Positions 26,080-38,836 of a DNA stretch of 64,000 nucleotides are shown one piece after another. Numbering within the stretch: position 1 is the stretch's first letter; each line of letters starts with the position of its first letter. A program made the position numbers and the translations under genes. Origin of the DNA: Pseudogymnoascus verrucosus (lineage: Eukaryota); the NCBI GenBank assembly GCA_001662655.1, contig KV460212.1, one strand, 5' to 3'. The notes beneath the pieces were generated by a model. The model saw only the letters and a list, made by a program, of their open reading frames with translations, did not search any database and was not told the DNA's origin.

Positions 26080-26988
26080 ATGGATACATGGAGAGCCATG
26101 ATTTCCAGGACCACGTCGCCGATTGTCACCGCTTCTCATGTTGTCAAGGTCCCAAAGAACTTTCTCATATTTCGCTCACTGCAGCTTTCGCTGGCACTCC
26201 TCGTCTTGAGTCTCTCTATATACGGTTCTATTATCATGACCACTCCTATGGCCGGAGTTATCCTCAGTCTTATTACCCCAAGTAGCTGACACTCCATATC
26301 CAGTGGAGGAACTGCTAATAGGACTTGCAGTCGCTCTCCACAGTCATTGTTGCGTCATATACGCTTGTCGCTACTTACGGAGATATGCCGAGGATCTATA
26401 ACTACTGGCTCATTCTCTCGTTGGAGGCCTTTGTCCTTGTCTTCTGGCTGCTGTCGATCTCTTTCCTGGCTCTTCCAGTTGGCGCTGCTTTCTACTTCGT
26501 GAATGGGGGTCAGGCTGGGCACTACAGCCGCTATGATATCGGTTTTGTCGCTGACCCTGTAATAATCGCCTTTATTGACCTCATGATGGTTTCGGTTGCT
26601 GCTGGAGTTATTGAGTTGTGCGTAATCCCTCCCATCATGGATACTTTGCAGCTGGCGGAATATAACTATACTAATCCCGAGCAGCATCCTCTACTTTATA
26701 ACCCTTGCTACATTCAGTACGATCGTCCACTATCATCGACTCGAACATCGCCACTGCGCATGTGTGCGTTCAGAGACAGGTCACGGTGATATAGAAAGCG
26801 ACTCGAAAGCCCACAGTGAAAAGGCCCAGACAGAGCCCGAGCCATTGATGTTTTCTGGGGATGAGGCCAGTCCAGAAAATGGCAGTCTGGACCTAACCAC
26901 CCCGGAGTCTACAACCCCTGAAGAAGTTGTCTATCAAGAAGAGCAGCAGCAACAACACAGGGGCCAGCAAGAAGACTTGACAGCTTGA
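26080..26988 (+). CDS. MARVEL-like four-TM membrane protein, ~262 aa (first splice donor non-canonical; possibly pseudogene)
   Basis: Exons 26080-26277, 26331-26617 and 26685-26988. Hydrophobic segments FRSLQLSLALLVLSLSIYG, SLSTVIVASY, YWLILSLEAFVLVFWLLS and AAGVIEFILYFITL. Intron 2 is canonical (GTGCGT...TACTAAT...GCAG). Intron 1 begins CCAAGT. Confidence 0.75.
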
Positions 26989-28108
26989 TGGTCGGGAAGC
27001 AGGACGTTGGAGGATATATGACGTTGAAATTGCTGAAAGCCAGTACTGAGTAACCTTGGCATTGCATGAGAAGTTGGAACGTGTATGACGGACTGTATGG
27101 ATAACTGTGGCTGTGACGGAGTTGGCGTTATCAAAAATACAAGAGCTCAATCATTCACTGGATTTGGTCTCAAAATGTAGTAACCCCGGATGTGACATTT
27201 CCCATGGCCATTTCTGGTTTAAACTTGATGGTTTTTTTATATTATGACGAAACTCATGCGCCACTTGATACATTTCCTCGTTCCCAAGTGATAACTGTTC
27301 ATGAGAGTCTTATTTTATACATGACTTTGAGTAAATGTGTGTTTACACGCCTTGTATAATTTTATAAGATGGTTTTGTTTATTATTTATTTCAACGACCA
27401 ATAATAATAAGACATAATTTTATTCGACAAATTTTATAATTTTATTATCACCATATGTAATGTAACCCACTGTACTCATTAAAACGGACAATTTATTACG
27501 TTTCAAGTGATATATATACGTGGCACTTGAAGAAGCAGCATAATCTACTGTTATATTTTTGGATCATTAGTTTATGCAAACGGGAGGAACATCCACTTCT
27601 TGAAACAAACTGCACGTGACATGAGATTGCCAGGGAGACGGTTAGCGCCAAATTTGTTACGCGATTCCAAGATAGGAGCAACCTTAATCAACAGACCCAT
27701 CTCTACCTCCAGGAGAGAGCGACGACGACACAACAAACCTTCGACACCGCCATATCGACAACCCCGCCGACGAATCCAGCACCAACGACGACCACGACAA
27801 CTACGACTACGACGACACGATATTCGCCTACCACGAAAGAATTCCATACGATTTGCAAACTGTTCAGATCGCACGCTTTACATTGCGCACGTATCCGAGA
27901 CAGGGACAGATACCAAGCTTATATGCATACACCACGCAGCGAAACACGGCATATTTTTCAAATAAAGACTAGCAACAACCACTTCGACAGGCGCTTTGCG
28001 ACAAGAATCAGCTAGACACAATTTTAAAACTTAAATAACACCACCAAGCGTCCCGGCGCATGCGATAAACACAACAGTAACCCAGATATAAGATAAGGCC
28101 AACCACCC

Positions 28109-30053
28109 ATGGATGAACCACCATCCTCTCCACCAACGGAGTCAACCGCGCCGGAGGATGCGCTCGCCTATTACAAATCGCAGTATGAGCAGCTTGAGCA
28201 TGAGCTAGCTGAGTTCCAGTCGTCAAGCCAGGAGCTTGAGGCGGAGCTTGAGAAGGATGTGGAGGCTGCTGAGGAACGGGAGAGGGCTCTGCAGCAGAAG
28301 GCCGAGACCTTAGGTTTTGAGGTTGATGAGTGGAAGGTAAACGCCCCTGCGACACCTCTATAATGCCAGAATGGTGGAATCTAACATATCGTCGTAGAAC
28401 AAGTACAAGCAATCAAAGAACGAGGCGGGCGCGGCGCAAAATACCCTCCAAAAGGAGATTACGACATTACGAGACTCAAATAGGACGTTGGTGATGAAGC
28501 TAAGGGATATTGAAGTAGCCAATGACGACTTTGAGAGGCAAGCTCGAAATACAACCTCGTCGCTAGAGGATGTGGAATCGAAGTATAATGTCGCTATCGA
28601 GAGGGCGGTCATGATGGAGGAGGAGATCAAGATCGGAGAACAGGAAAGAGAAGGCCTCCGGATTGAAGCGCAGCGCCTCCGCGACGAGCTCGGAGACCTG
28701 AAGATCGAAGCAGAGATCTTGCAGGACAAGCTCAAGCGACACGAGAGCAGACAGCTACCAATATTATCTACAGACATTACCGCACCAAACACGCCCTCCT
28801 TCGCCGGCGAAATATCTCCCGACTCCATCGCTTCGTCTCCTCTAATCACCACACCGCCCGATAGTAAATCTGTCTCCACAGCCGACACTATCTCCGAAAC
28901 ACCTACGCCACCTTCTCCACCTATCTCCGATCGCTCATCGAAAGCGCCCAAAGCTTTCCGCACCCCTCTCAACCCTCCAAGCCGCATCCGAGCACCTTCC
29001 GCCGATCTTAGCGTTACTCCCAAGCCGATGCGATACCCGTCCTCTGCGCAACCACTCCGATCGTCACGCGGCCCGTCCATCCCTGCATCCTCTAAACGCC
29101 CAACTCCTTCTGTCAGCCTTACTGCTTCTCGGTCCCGCACTACTCAACCTAAAGGCTTACCCAACTCTGCATCACTCACTCACATCCGCTCCCTTACAGC
29201 CCAGGTGCAGCGCCTCGAGCAACGCGTTCAGTCTGCACGATCAAAGCTACCAGCACCGGTCAATACCCCACCACGAGCGAGCCCAAGGACAACGTCAGCA
29301 GCTGGTGGTTATATGCCGTCCTCAATCACGATACGCAGCCGCAAGCGCACTGGCGGCAGCACGATAAGCGCAACCAGCAGCGTAAATGGTGGAGAGGAGA
29401 CCCCAAACCCGACAACCACCAGGCATGTCTCCCGCATAAGCACTTCGGGCATCAGCCGCCTGAGTTTCGGGCCCGTCTCGAATCGTGGCGGTAGCGAGTT
29501 TGATGGCAGCCGACCGAGCAGCCGGGCCAGCACCACTGGCGCCCCTGGCGGTGGTTTGGCACGCCCAGTAAGCCGTACGGAATCCAACCGCCCACAGAGC
29601 CGCACCGAGCTTGCCCGCCCGCTCAGTCGCACCAGCATGACTGGCGCGCGTACTCCGCTAGGCCATTACTCACAGTCTACGCTAGCGGAGTCTCGACGGC
29701 CTCGTAGCAGCATCGGCGGGAATTTCAGTGCGAGCATGGGACACGGGCATAGCCAGAGCGTGTCGCAGATCGATCTGGATGAGTACCGCGAGTTTGAGTT
29801 CGGGACACCGAACCGCCGGACTACGCTGGGGAGGGAGGATGGAAGCGCTATTCCGGTGCCTGCTAGTGGCCTGCCGAGGAGGCAGAGTGGGGGCTTAGTA
29901 GCGAAGACGCCGAGTAAGAGGATGAGTAATGGTATACTCAGGGATGGAGAGAGGGAGCTGGAGAAGAAGCGGAGCGACGCGAGTCTAGCGGGTGGAGGGA
30001 TGAAGCCACCCATGCGGACGAGGAAATTGAGTGGGGTTGGGGAGAGCTACTAG
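28109..30053 (+). CDS. nudE: Nuclear distribution protein NudE (NDE1/NDEL1 homologue), ~627 aa
   Basis: Exons 28109-28336 and 28398-30053; intron GTAAAC...CTAAC...TAG. N-terminal coiled coil [58 protein letters not shown]-terminal [10 protein letters not shown]. Confidence 0.95.
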
Positions 30054-30569
30054 GGGGCTTGCGGGAGGCGTTGGGATTTGCAGTATGGCAGGGGTGTTGG
30101 TGAGGGGAGTGTATATAATTTTCATGATTATCGGTCATGACTTTGATGAAGATATGACACTATGGGTTTTTTGGGCGATGGAATTGGAGCAGGGCTATGC
30201 GGGGCTAGCATTCTCTCGGGGGCGCCTTTGATGGAAAGGCCTAGCTGTTGATTTTTTATTCTGAATTACCATATTACCACATTACCACGTTTGAAGCCCA
30301 ATTTTCTCAATCGAGCTCTGTGTATTATGTAAGTCCACTAGCTGCAACCCCGCAATGTGAAATTTGATGTGAGTGTTAGAGGAGAGTGTTTACAATAGGG
30401 GTCCTTGGAGGAGAGTTCCCGTGACGACAGTGTTGTTGTTCGGGTAAACAATAACGTGAAGTGGAGGAGGAAATTGTGGTGGGCGGTACGGCGTCGGATA
30501 AATAAATTTGCGTGAAGAGAGATGTATTTTGGGACTAAATTTGTTGGCCTCGGCATGTAATCCGGCTTG

Positions 30570-30955
30570 GAAAATTGATTATTATGATGATTATCTCTGT
30601 CCATAATCGTAATCGCGATTATTGTAAAATGCACATAATCATAATCATGATTATTGGCTATTCCTAGTCATCCCTGATGTATACCTAAGAGGGATTAGCG
30701 GTCAGCTTATTGCTTATTTGGTTTAGTGCGTGCATAGAATAAGTAGTAAGTTGCATATGGAGTACCACTGCATACAAATATATATATAGTGGTACTTATA
30801 TCGTAAAGTCACATGACCGTAGTAGCTATTCATGATTTTCAAACTATAATCATAATCGTGAATTTCATGGTTATAGATTTTCATGCTTGTAATAAGATGT
30901 GAATATTTAAACATTTCAATATTCATGATTATGATGATTATTTCTGCTAACCCTG
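30570..30955. mobile_element. Possible relic hAT-like transposon ends with ATAATC/GATTAT subterminal arrays
   Basis: Two AT-rich segments end in ...GTCATCCCTG (30676) and ...GCTAACCCTG (30955). Each is preceded by clustered ATAATC/GATTAT hexamers. No transposase is present. Confidence 0.35.
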
Positions 30956-31796
30956 CATGTAATGGTGCGCTGTAAATACCCCGAAGCATGTAAACCTTTC
31001 GTGACTCGGGTTCCGAATAATTGAGTATGGCGGGGAAAAGGATTGGCAGAATCATGAAGGCGGGATATTACGGCTGTAGACGGAAAGAAAACATTGTGCG
31101 ACGAAGAGCCCGTAATATTATCAATTAGAGGATTCTTGTTGGAGAGATGAAATGCTTTAAGATTGGGATTTATACTGTATGTGTATAGTTCCTCATCATA
31201 GTTCTCATCAATTAATTCCCATCCCCTTCAAACGTCGAGGTCACCATACCTTCTTTGGACTAGCCTGGATTCAACAAGTCCACCATCCCCCAACGAACGG
31301 ATAATTCAAATCGGGTATGGCGGACGAAGGCGGAGAGCGATTTCTGTCTTTCTGATTGGTTGACGCGGGTGCATCCTCTACGTATTTCGTACAGTGGGAC
31401 ATTTTGCCCGCGCCCCATGCCCTTTTGGTCCAGCTCCCTCCCCGAATAAACCGAAAAGGCCTCCCTTCATATCTCGAGCCTCCACCATTCTCACAAGAAA
31501 CATCATCTTCGCTCTCATCATCCTAAAGCTCTGCTCTCTCTTCACCCCCGCAGATCCTCCTTCTTCTTTTGACATTCGATTGTAATTTCTATACGAATTC
31601 TTAATACCCCGAAGCCCGCAAGACGCTCTTCTACCTTCGTCCAATTTCCACGCCCAACCTTTTATTATCCCTAAAGAGCCCGAAAAAAAACATCCCTACG
31701 GTTCTCCCTCAACCGTATACCAATACACGACGATAACATCGAGAAAATTGGTAGCCGCAGCAGTCTAAGCTCGTGCAATCGAGCCGGTTCGACATA

Positions 31797-34700
31797 ATGT
31801 CCGTCCAGGCAAAGGCGGCTGACGCTGTCGCCAACGGCGTCAAGGCCCATACCAATGGCACTGTGCCGCTCGTCAACGGCTCGACACCGTCCTACGCATC
31901 GAGACACAAGCTTGCAGACCACTTCATTGGCGGTAACAAGCTGGAGAATGCGGCGCCCGGCGCCGTGAAAGACTTTGTGGCGGCTTGTGACGGCCACACC
32001 GTGATCACGAACGTACGTGTCAACCGAAACGCCAAAAAAGGAGATAGAGCCAAGCTAACTTGCTGTGTAGGTACTGATTGCGAACAACGGAATTGCTGCC
32101 GTCAAGGAGATCAGATCCGTCCGGAAATGGGCGTACGAGACCTTCGGCGACGAGAGGGCGATTCAGTTCACTGTTATGGCGACACCCGAAGATTTGCAGG
32201 CCAACGCAGACTACATCCGAATGGCAGATCAATATGTGGAGGTGCCAGGTGGCACGAATAATAACAACTACGCCAACGTGGAGTTGATTGTCGATGTGGC
32301 CGAGAGAATGAATGTCCATGCAGTGTGGGCTGGATGGTAAGAATAACCAGATAGGGAAGCATTGAAGGACGTTTAACTAAACTGAAATAGGGGACACGCA
32401 TCCGAGAACCCCAAATTGCCCGAGTCGCTGGCAGCATCGCCCAAGAAGATCGTATTCATTGGCCCGCCCGGATCCGCGATGCGCTCGCTCGGTGACAAGA
32501 TCTCCTCGACGATCGTAGCACAGCACGCCAAGGTGCCTTGTATTCCGTGGTCAGGAACTGGAGTTGACACAGTTGCCGTTGACGAGGGAGGCCTGGTTAC
32601 CGTTGAAGATCACATCTACATGAAGGGATGCGTCGAGTCGTGGCAAGAAGGTCTAGAGAAGGCCCAGCAAATCGGATTCCCAGTTATGATTAAGGCGTCG
32701 GAAGGTGGTGGTGGAAAGGGAATTCGCAAAGCAGACTCCGAGGTTGGATTCGAGGCATTATACAAGGCTGCTGCAAGCGAAATCCCTGGATCGCCTATCT
32801 TCATCATGAAGCTGGCCGGAAACGCGAGGCATTTGGAGGTTCAATTGCTTGCAGATGAGTACGGAAACAATATCTCGCTTTTCGGAAGAGATTGCTCTGT
32901 TCAGAGACGTCACCAGAAGATTATCGAGGAAGCGCCAGTAACTATCGCCAAAACTGCAACTTTCCAGGCCATGGAGAAGGCCGCAGTGCGTCTCGGCCGC
33001 TTGGTCGGCTACGTCTCAGCCGGAACCGTCGAGTACTTGTACTCGCACTCGGATGACAAGTTCTACTTCCTCGAGCTGAACCCCAGATTGCAGGTTGAGC
33101 ATCCTACAACGGAGATGGTTTCCGGTGTCAACCTCCCAGCTGCACAGCTTCAAATCGCCATGGGTCTGCCATTGCACCGTATCCGCGACATTCGTCTCCT
33201 ATATGGCGTGGATCCTGCCGGCTCGAACGAGATCGATTTCGATTTCTCGAAGGAGGATAGCTCCCTTACTCAACGCCGCCCATCGCCAAAGGGCCACACG
33301 ACAGCTTGCCGTATCACCTCTGAGGATCCTGGAGAAGGCTTCAAGCCGTCCAACGGTGTTATGCACGAGCTGAACTTCAGGAGTAGCTCCAACGTCTGGG
33401 GTTACTTCTCCGTCGGCACAGCTGGTGGAATTCACAGTTTCTCTGACTCTCAATTCGGTCACATTTTCGCTTACGGCGAGAACAGATCCGCGTCAAGAAA
33501 GCACATGGTCGTGGCTCTGAAGGAGCTGAGCATCCGTGGTGACTTCAGGACCACAGTTGAATATCTGATCAAGCTGCTGGAGACTCCTGCTTTCGAGGAC
33601 AACACCATCACCACTGGCTGGCTCGATGAACTGATCTCGAACAAATTGACTGCCGAGCGCCCAGACCCAATGCTTGCTGTCGTTTGTGGTGCAGTATGCA
33701 AGGCCCACATTGCCAGTGAGGGTGCCATGTCAACATATAGAACCAGCTTAGAGAAGGGTCAAGTGCCCGCGAAAGAGGTTCTGAAGACTGTCTTCCAGAT
33801 CGATTTTATCTACGATGGCCACAGATACAAATTCACAGCAACCAGATCGAGTGTTGACAGCTACCATCTGTTCATCAACGGCTCCAAGTGCTCAGTTGGC
33901 GCCAGAGCTCTCAGCGACGGCGGCCTGCTTGTTCTTCTCAGCGGACGCTCTCACAACGTTTACTGGAAGGAGGAAGTTGGAGCGACCAGATTGAGCGTTG
34001 ACAGCATGACTTGCCTCCTCGAGCAAGAGAACGACCCCACGCAACTGAGGACCCCCTCGCCAGGAAAGCTCGTCAAGTTCACCGTTGAGAACGGCGAGCA
34101 CGTCAAGGCTGGCCAGCCATACGCCGAGGTTGAGGTCATGAAGATGTACATGCCCCTTCTCGCTGGAGAAGACGGTATTGTGCAGCTTATCAAGCAGCCA
34201 GGAGCTACCCTCGAGGCCGGAGATATCATTGGTATACTCGCCCTGGATGACCCATCGAGAGTGAAGCACGCACAGCCCTTCCTCAGCCAACTCCCTGACC
34301 TTGGTCTACCACAAGTCGTTGGCACCAAACCTGCCCAAAGATTCGTCCTCCTTCACAACATCCTCCGCAACATCCTCCAAGGGTTCGATAACCAGTTCAT
34401 CATGAACGCGACGCTTAAGGACTTAATTGAGGTGCTCAGAGATCCTGAATTGCCATATTCGGAGTGGAATGCCCAGTTTTCTGCGCTACACGCCAGAATG
34501 CCCCAGAAGCTTGACTCCCTCTTCGGCCAAATTGTTGAGCGTGCTAAGGCCCGCAAGGCAGAGTTCCCTGCCAAGAACCTGCAAAAGGCTCTCCAGAAGT
34601 TCCTCGAGGAGAATGTTGATCCTAATGACATTGACATCCTCAAGTCTACCCTGGTACCACTTACCGAGGTGCTTGAAAAATACGTGGATGGTCACAAAGT

Positions 34701-37700
34701 CAACGAGTTCAATGTATTCTCTGGCTTACTTGAGCAGTACGCTGAAGTCGAGAAGCTCTTCTCCGGAAGGACTTCGAGAGATGAGGAAGTCATCCTCAAG
34801 CTTAGAGAGGAGAACAAGGATGATATCCCCAAGGTTGTCCAGACTGTACTTTCACACAGCAGAGTAGGCGCAAAGAACAACCTCATCCTCGCCATTCTCG
34901 ATGAGTACAGGCCAAACAGGCCCAACTCTGGTAATATTGCCAAATACTTCCGCCCGGCACTGAAGAAGCTCACTGAGCTTGAGTCGAGACAGACTGCCAA
35001 GGTCTCTCTTAAGGCCCGCGAGGTTCTCATCCAGTGCGCACTTCCGTCTCTTGAGGAGCGCGCTTCTCAGATGGAGCACATCCTCCGCTCTTCCGTTGTT
35101 GAGTCGAGGTATGGTGAGACTGGATGGGACCACAGAGAACCCAGCCTTGAGATCCTCAAGGAGGTCGTTGACTCAAAGTACACCGTCTTCGATGTCCTCC
35201 CTATCTTCTTTGGTCACCAAGACCCATGGGTCTCCCTTGCTGCCCTTGAAGTTTATATCCGCCGTGCGTATCGTGCGTACTCGTTGAAGAAGATTGAGTA
35301 CCACAACGAGTCCACCGACCCACCGTTTATCGTCTCGTGGGACTTTGTCCTCCGTAAGGTCGGTCAATCCGCTCTTGGAATGCCTGTTCAATCCTCTCCT
35401 TCAACGCCCGCGACTCCAGTCGTGGAGAGCAGAGATCCATTCAAGCGTATCAGCTCCATTAGCGACATGTCATACCTTGTCAACCAATCTGATACCGAGA
35501 CCACAAGAAAGGGTGTCATCGTTCCTGTCCAGTACATTGACGAGGCCGAGGAGTACCTTGCTAGAGCCCTTGAAGTCTTCCCATTGGCTGGCGCTAGGCT
35601 GAAGAAGCCCTCGACAAACACCCTTATGCCTGACCTTGGCGGCAAGCGCAAGTTCCCGCAAGCACCCCCATTAAGCCACGGCGATGAGCTCACGGCCGTC
35701 TGCAATGTTGCTATTCGCGATTCCGAGTCTGCCGATGATGCCGAATTATTAGCTAGGATCAAGACTATTGTCAGCACGTACAAGGATGAGCTCCTTGCGC
35801 GCCGTGTCCGCCGCCTTACATTTATCTGTGGCCACAGAGACGGGACATACCCCGGCTACTTCACTTTCCGCGGCCCGAACTACGAAGAAGACGACAGGAT
35901 CAGACACACTGAGCCAGCTCTGGCCTACCAGCTCGAGCTTGAGAGATTGTCCAAGTTCAACATCAAGCCTGTCTTCACTGCCAACAGGAATATCCATGTT
36001 TACCAGGCCGTTGGCAAGGATGTGGAGAGTGACAAGCGCTACTTCACACGTGCGGTGGTTCGTCCTGGACGTCTACGTGACGAGATTCCTACCGCTGAAT
36101 ATCTCATTTCGGAGGCTGACAGACTGATGAACGATATTCTCGATGCTCTAGAGATTGTAGGCAACAACAACTCTGATCTTAACCACATCTTCATCAATTT
36201 CTCGCCAGTCTTCCCGCTTATCCCAGAAGAGGTCGAGGAGGCCCTTGCTGGTTTCTTGGAGCGATTTGGTCGCAGGTCGTGGCGCCTCCGCGTCACAGGC
36301 GCTGAGATTCGCATCATCTGCACCGACCCCGTCACTGGCATGCCTTATCCTCTTCGTGTTGTTATTACCAACACTTCCGGATACGTTATCCAGGTTGAGA
36401 TGTACCTTGAGCGCAAGTCTGAGAAGGGCAGCGAGTGGGTGTTCCAGAGCATTGGTGGCACGACCAAGATCGGCTCCATGCACTTGCGTCCAGTTTCTAC
36501 GCCATATCCCACCAAGGAGTGGCTCCAGCCCAAGAGATACAAGGCCCATCTGATGGGTACTCAGTACGTCTACGATTTCCCGGAGCTCTTCAGACAGGCT
36601 ATCCAGAACAACTGGGCCAAGGCTGTCGGCGAGCACTCCCTGTTGGCGGAGAAGCAACCTCAAGTTGGTGATTGCATTGACTACAGCGAGTTGGTTCTTG
36701 ATGACCATGACGATCTCGCCGAGGTTTCTCGCGAGCCAGGTACCAATACCCATGGTATGGTTGGATGGATCGTGACCGCACGAACTCCCGAGTACCCCAA
36801 GGGCCGTAGGTTCATCATCGTCGCCAACGATATCACCTTCAGAATCGGTTCCTTCGGTCCTAAGGAAGATCACTTCTTCAACAAGTGCACTGAGCTCGCA
36901 CGTAAGCTCGGAATTCCCCGCATCTACCTTTCTGCCAACTCTGGCGCTCGCATCGGCATGGCTGACGAGCTTATCCCACATTTCAATGTTGCGTGGAAGG
37001 ACGCCGACAGGCCAGAGGCCGGCTTCAAGTACCTGTACTTGAACTCCGAGGCCAAGGCTAGATTCGAGGATGGCAAGTCAAAGGATGTCATCACCGAGGA
37101 GATTGTTGAGGATGGCGAGACGAGGCACAAGATCACCACCATCATCGGTGCCGAGGATGGCCTTGGAGTTGAGTGCTTGAAGGGCTCTGGTCTGATTGCC
37201 GGTGCTACAAGCAGAGCCTATGAAGATATCTTCACCATCACCTTAGTTACCTGCCGCTCTGTTGGTATCGGTGCTTACCTTGTTCGCCTCGGTCAGCGTG
37301 CTATCCAGATCGAAGGCCAGCCAATCATTCTCACTGGTGCACCAGCTATCAACAAGCTCCTCGGTCGCGAGGTCTATACCTCCAACTTGCAACTTGGTGG
37401 CACCCAGATCATGTACAAGAACGGTGTGTCCCACATGACCGCCAACGATGATTTCGAGGGTGTATCCAAGATTGTCGAGTGGATGTCGTTCGTCCCAGAC
37501 AAGAAGAACAACCCCGTGCCAGTCAGCCCCGCTGTCGATAGCTGGGACAGAGAAATCTCGTTCATGCCACCTGACAAGCAGGCGTTTGACGTCAGATGGC
37601 TCATCGCCGGTAAGGAAGACGAGGAGGGTTTCCTTTCTGGTCTCTTCGACAAGAACTCTTTCGTTGAGACCCTTGGCGGATGGGCTCGCACTGTCGTTGT

Positions 37701-38836
37701 TGGTCGTGCTCGTCTCGGTGGTATCCCAATGGGTGTCATCGCTGTCGAGTCTCGCTCCGTTGAGAACATCACTCCAGCTGACCCTGCCAACCCGGATTCC
37801 ATGGAGCAGATCTCCAACGAGGCTGGTGGTGTCTGGTACCCCAATTCGGCATTCAAGACCGCACAGGCCATTAAGGACTTCAACAATGGTGAGCAACTGC
37901 CATTGATGATCTTGGCCAACTGGAGAGGATTCTCGGGTGGACAGCGCGATATGTTCAACGAGGTCCTGAAGTATGGTTCATACATTGTTGATGCATTGGT
38001 CAAGTACGAGCAGCCAATCTTCGTCTACATCCCGCCGTTTGGCGAGCTCCGTGGTGGATCATGGGTATGTATTCTTCTCCTGCTCATATTATTACTATGC
38101 TAACAAACACCAGGTTGTCGTTGACCCAACCATCAACCCCGACTGCATGGAGATGTACGCCGACGAAGACTCCCGCGGTGGTATCCTCGAGCCCGAGGGC
38201 ATCGTCAACATCAAGTTCCGCCGCGATAAGCAGCTCGAGACCATGGCCCGTCTGGACCCCACCTACGGCGCCCTCAAGAAACAGCTCTCCGACTCATCTC
38301 TCAGCCCCGAGCAGCTCGCCGAAGTCGCCGAGCAGATGCAGGCCCGCGAGCGCCTCCTGCTACCCGTCTACGCGCAGGTCTCCCTCCAATTCGCCGATCT
38401 CCACGATCGCGCTGGCCGCATGAAGGCCAAGGGCGTCATCCGCGACTCGCTGAAGTGGCGCAACGCGCGTCGCTTCTTCTACTGGCGTGTTCGTCGCCGT
38501 TTGAACGAGGAGTACATCGTCAAGCGCATGGCGATTGCTGCGCCAGCGCAGCCTGGCGCTACTGGGACGCGCGCGCGCTCCCTGCAGTTGCTGGAGGCGT
38601 GGAGTGGGATCGTCAACTTCGATACTGCGGATCGCGAGGTCGCGTTGTGGTATGAGGAGAACAGGAAGCAGGTGCATGAGAAGGTTGAGGCGATGAAGGG
38701 AGAGTCTACGGCAGGAGAGATTGCGAGGTTGTTGAGGGAGGGTGGAAAGGGTGGATTGAGGGGCGTGAAGTTGGTGCTGGGCATGTTGCCGGCGGGCGAG
38801 AGGGAGGAGGCTCTGAAGTTCTTGAGCCAGGCATAG
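31797..38836 (+). CDS. ACC1: Acetyl-CoA carboxylase (BC-BCCP-central-CT), ~2292 aa
   Basis: Exons 31797-32012, 32071-32336, 32391-38064 and 38114-38836. Motifs [49 protein letters not shown], biotin-attachment EVMKM, phospho-regulatory [25 protein letters not shown] and [13 protein letters not shown]. Confidence 0.99.

Noticed and set aside
27180..27560. AT-rich block, possible RIP-degraded TE
   Set aside because: No terminal repeats or coding remnants identifiable
27572..27965. Arg-rich ORFs upstream of nudE
   Set aside because: Produced by (CGA/CAA)-type low-complexity sequence in the probable 5' leader
32616..38784. Many overlapping ORFs inside ACC1
   Set aside because: Alternate-frame and antisense shadows caused by strong codon bias
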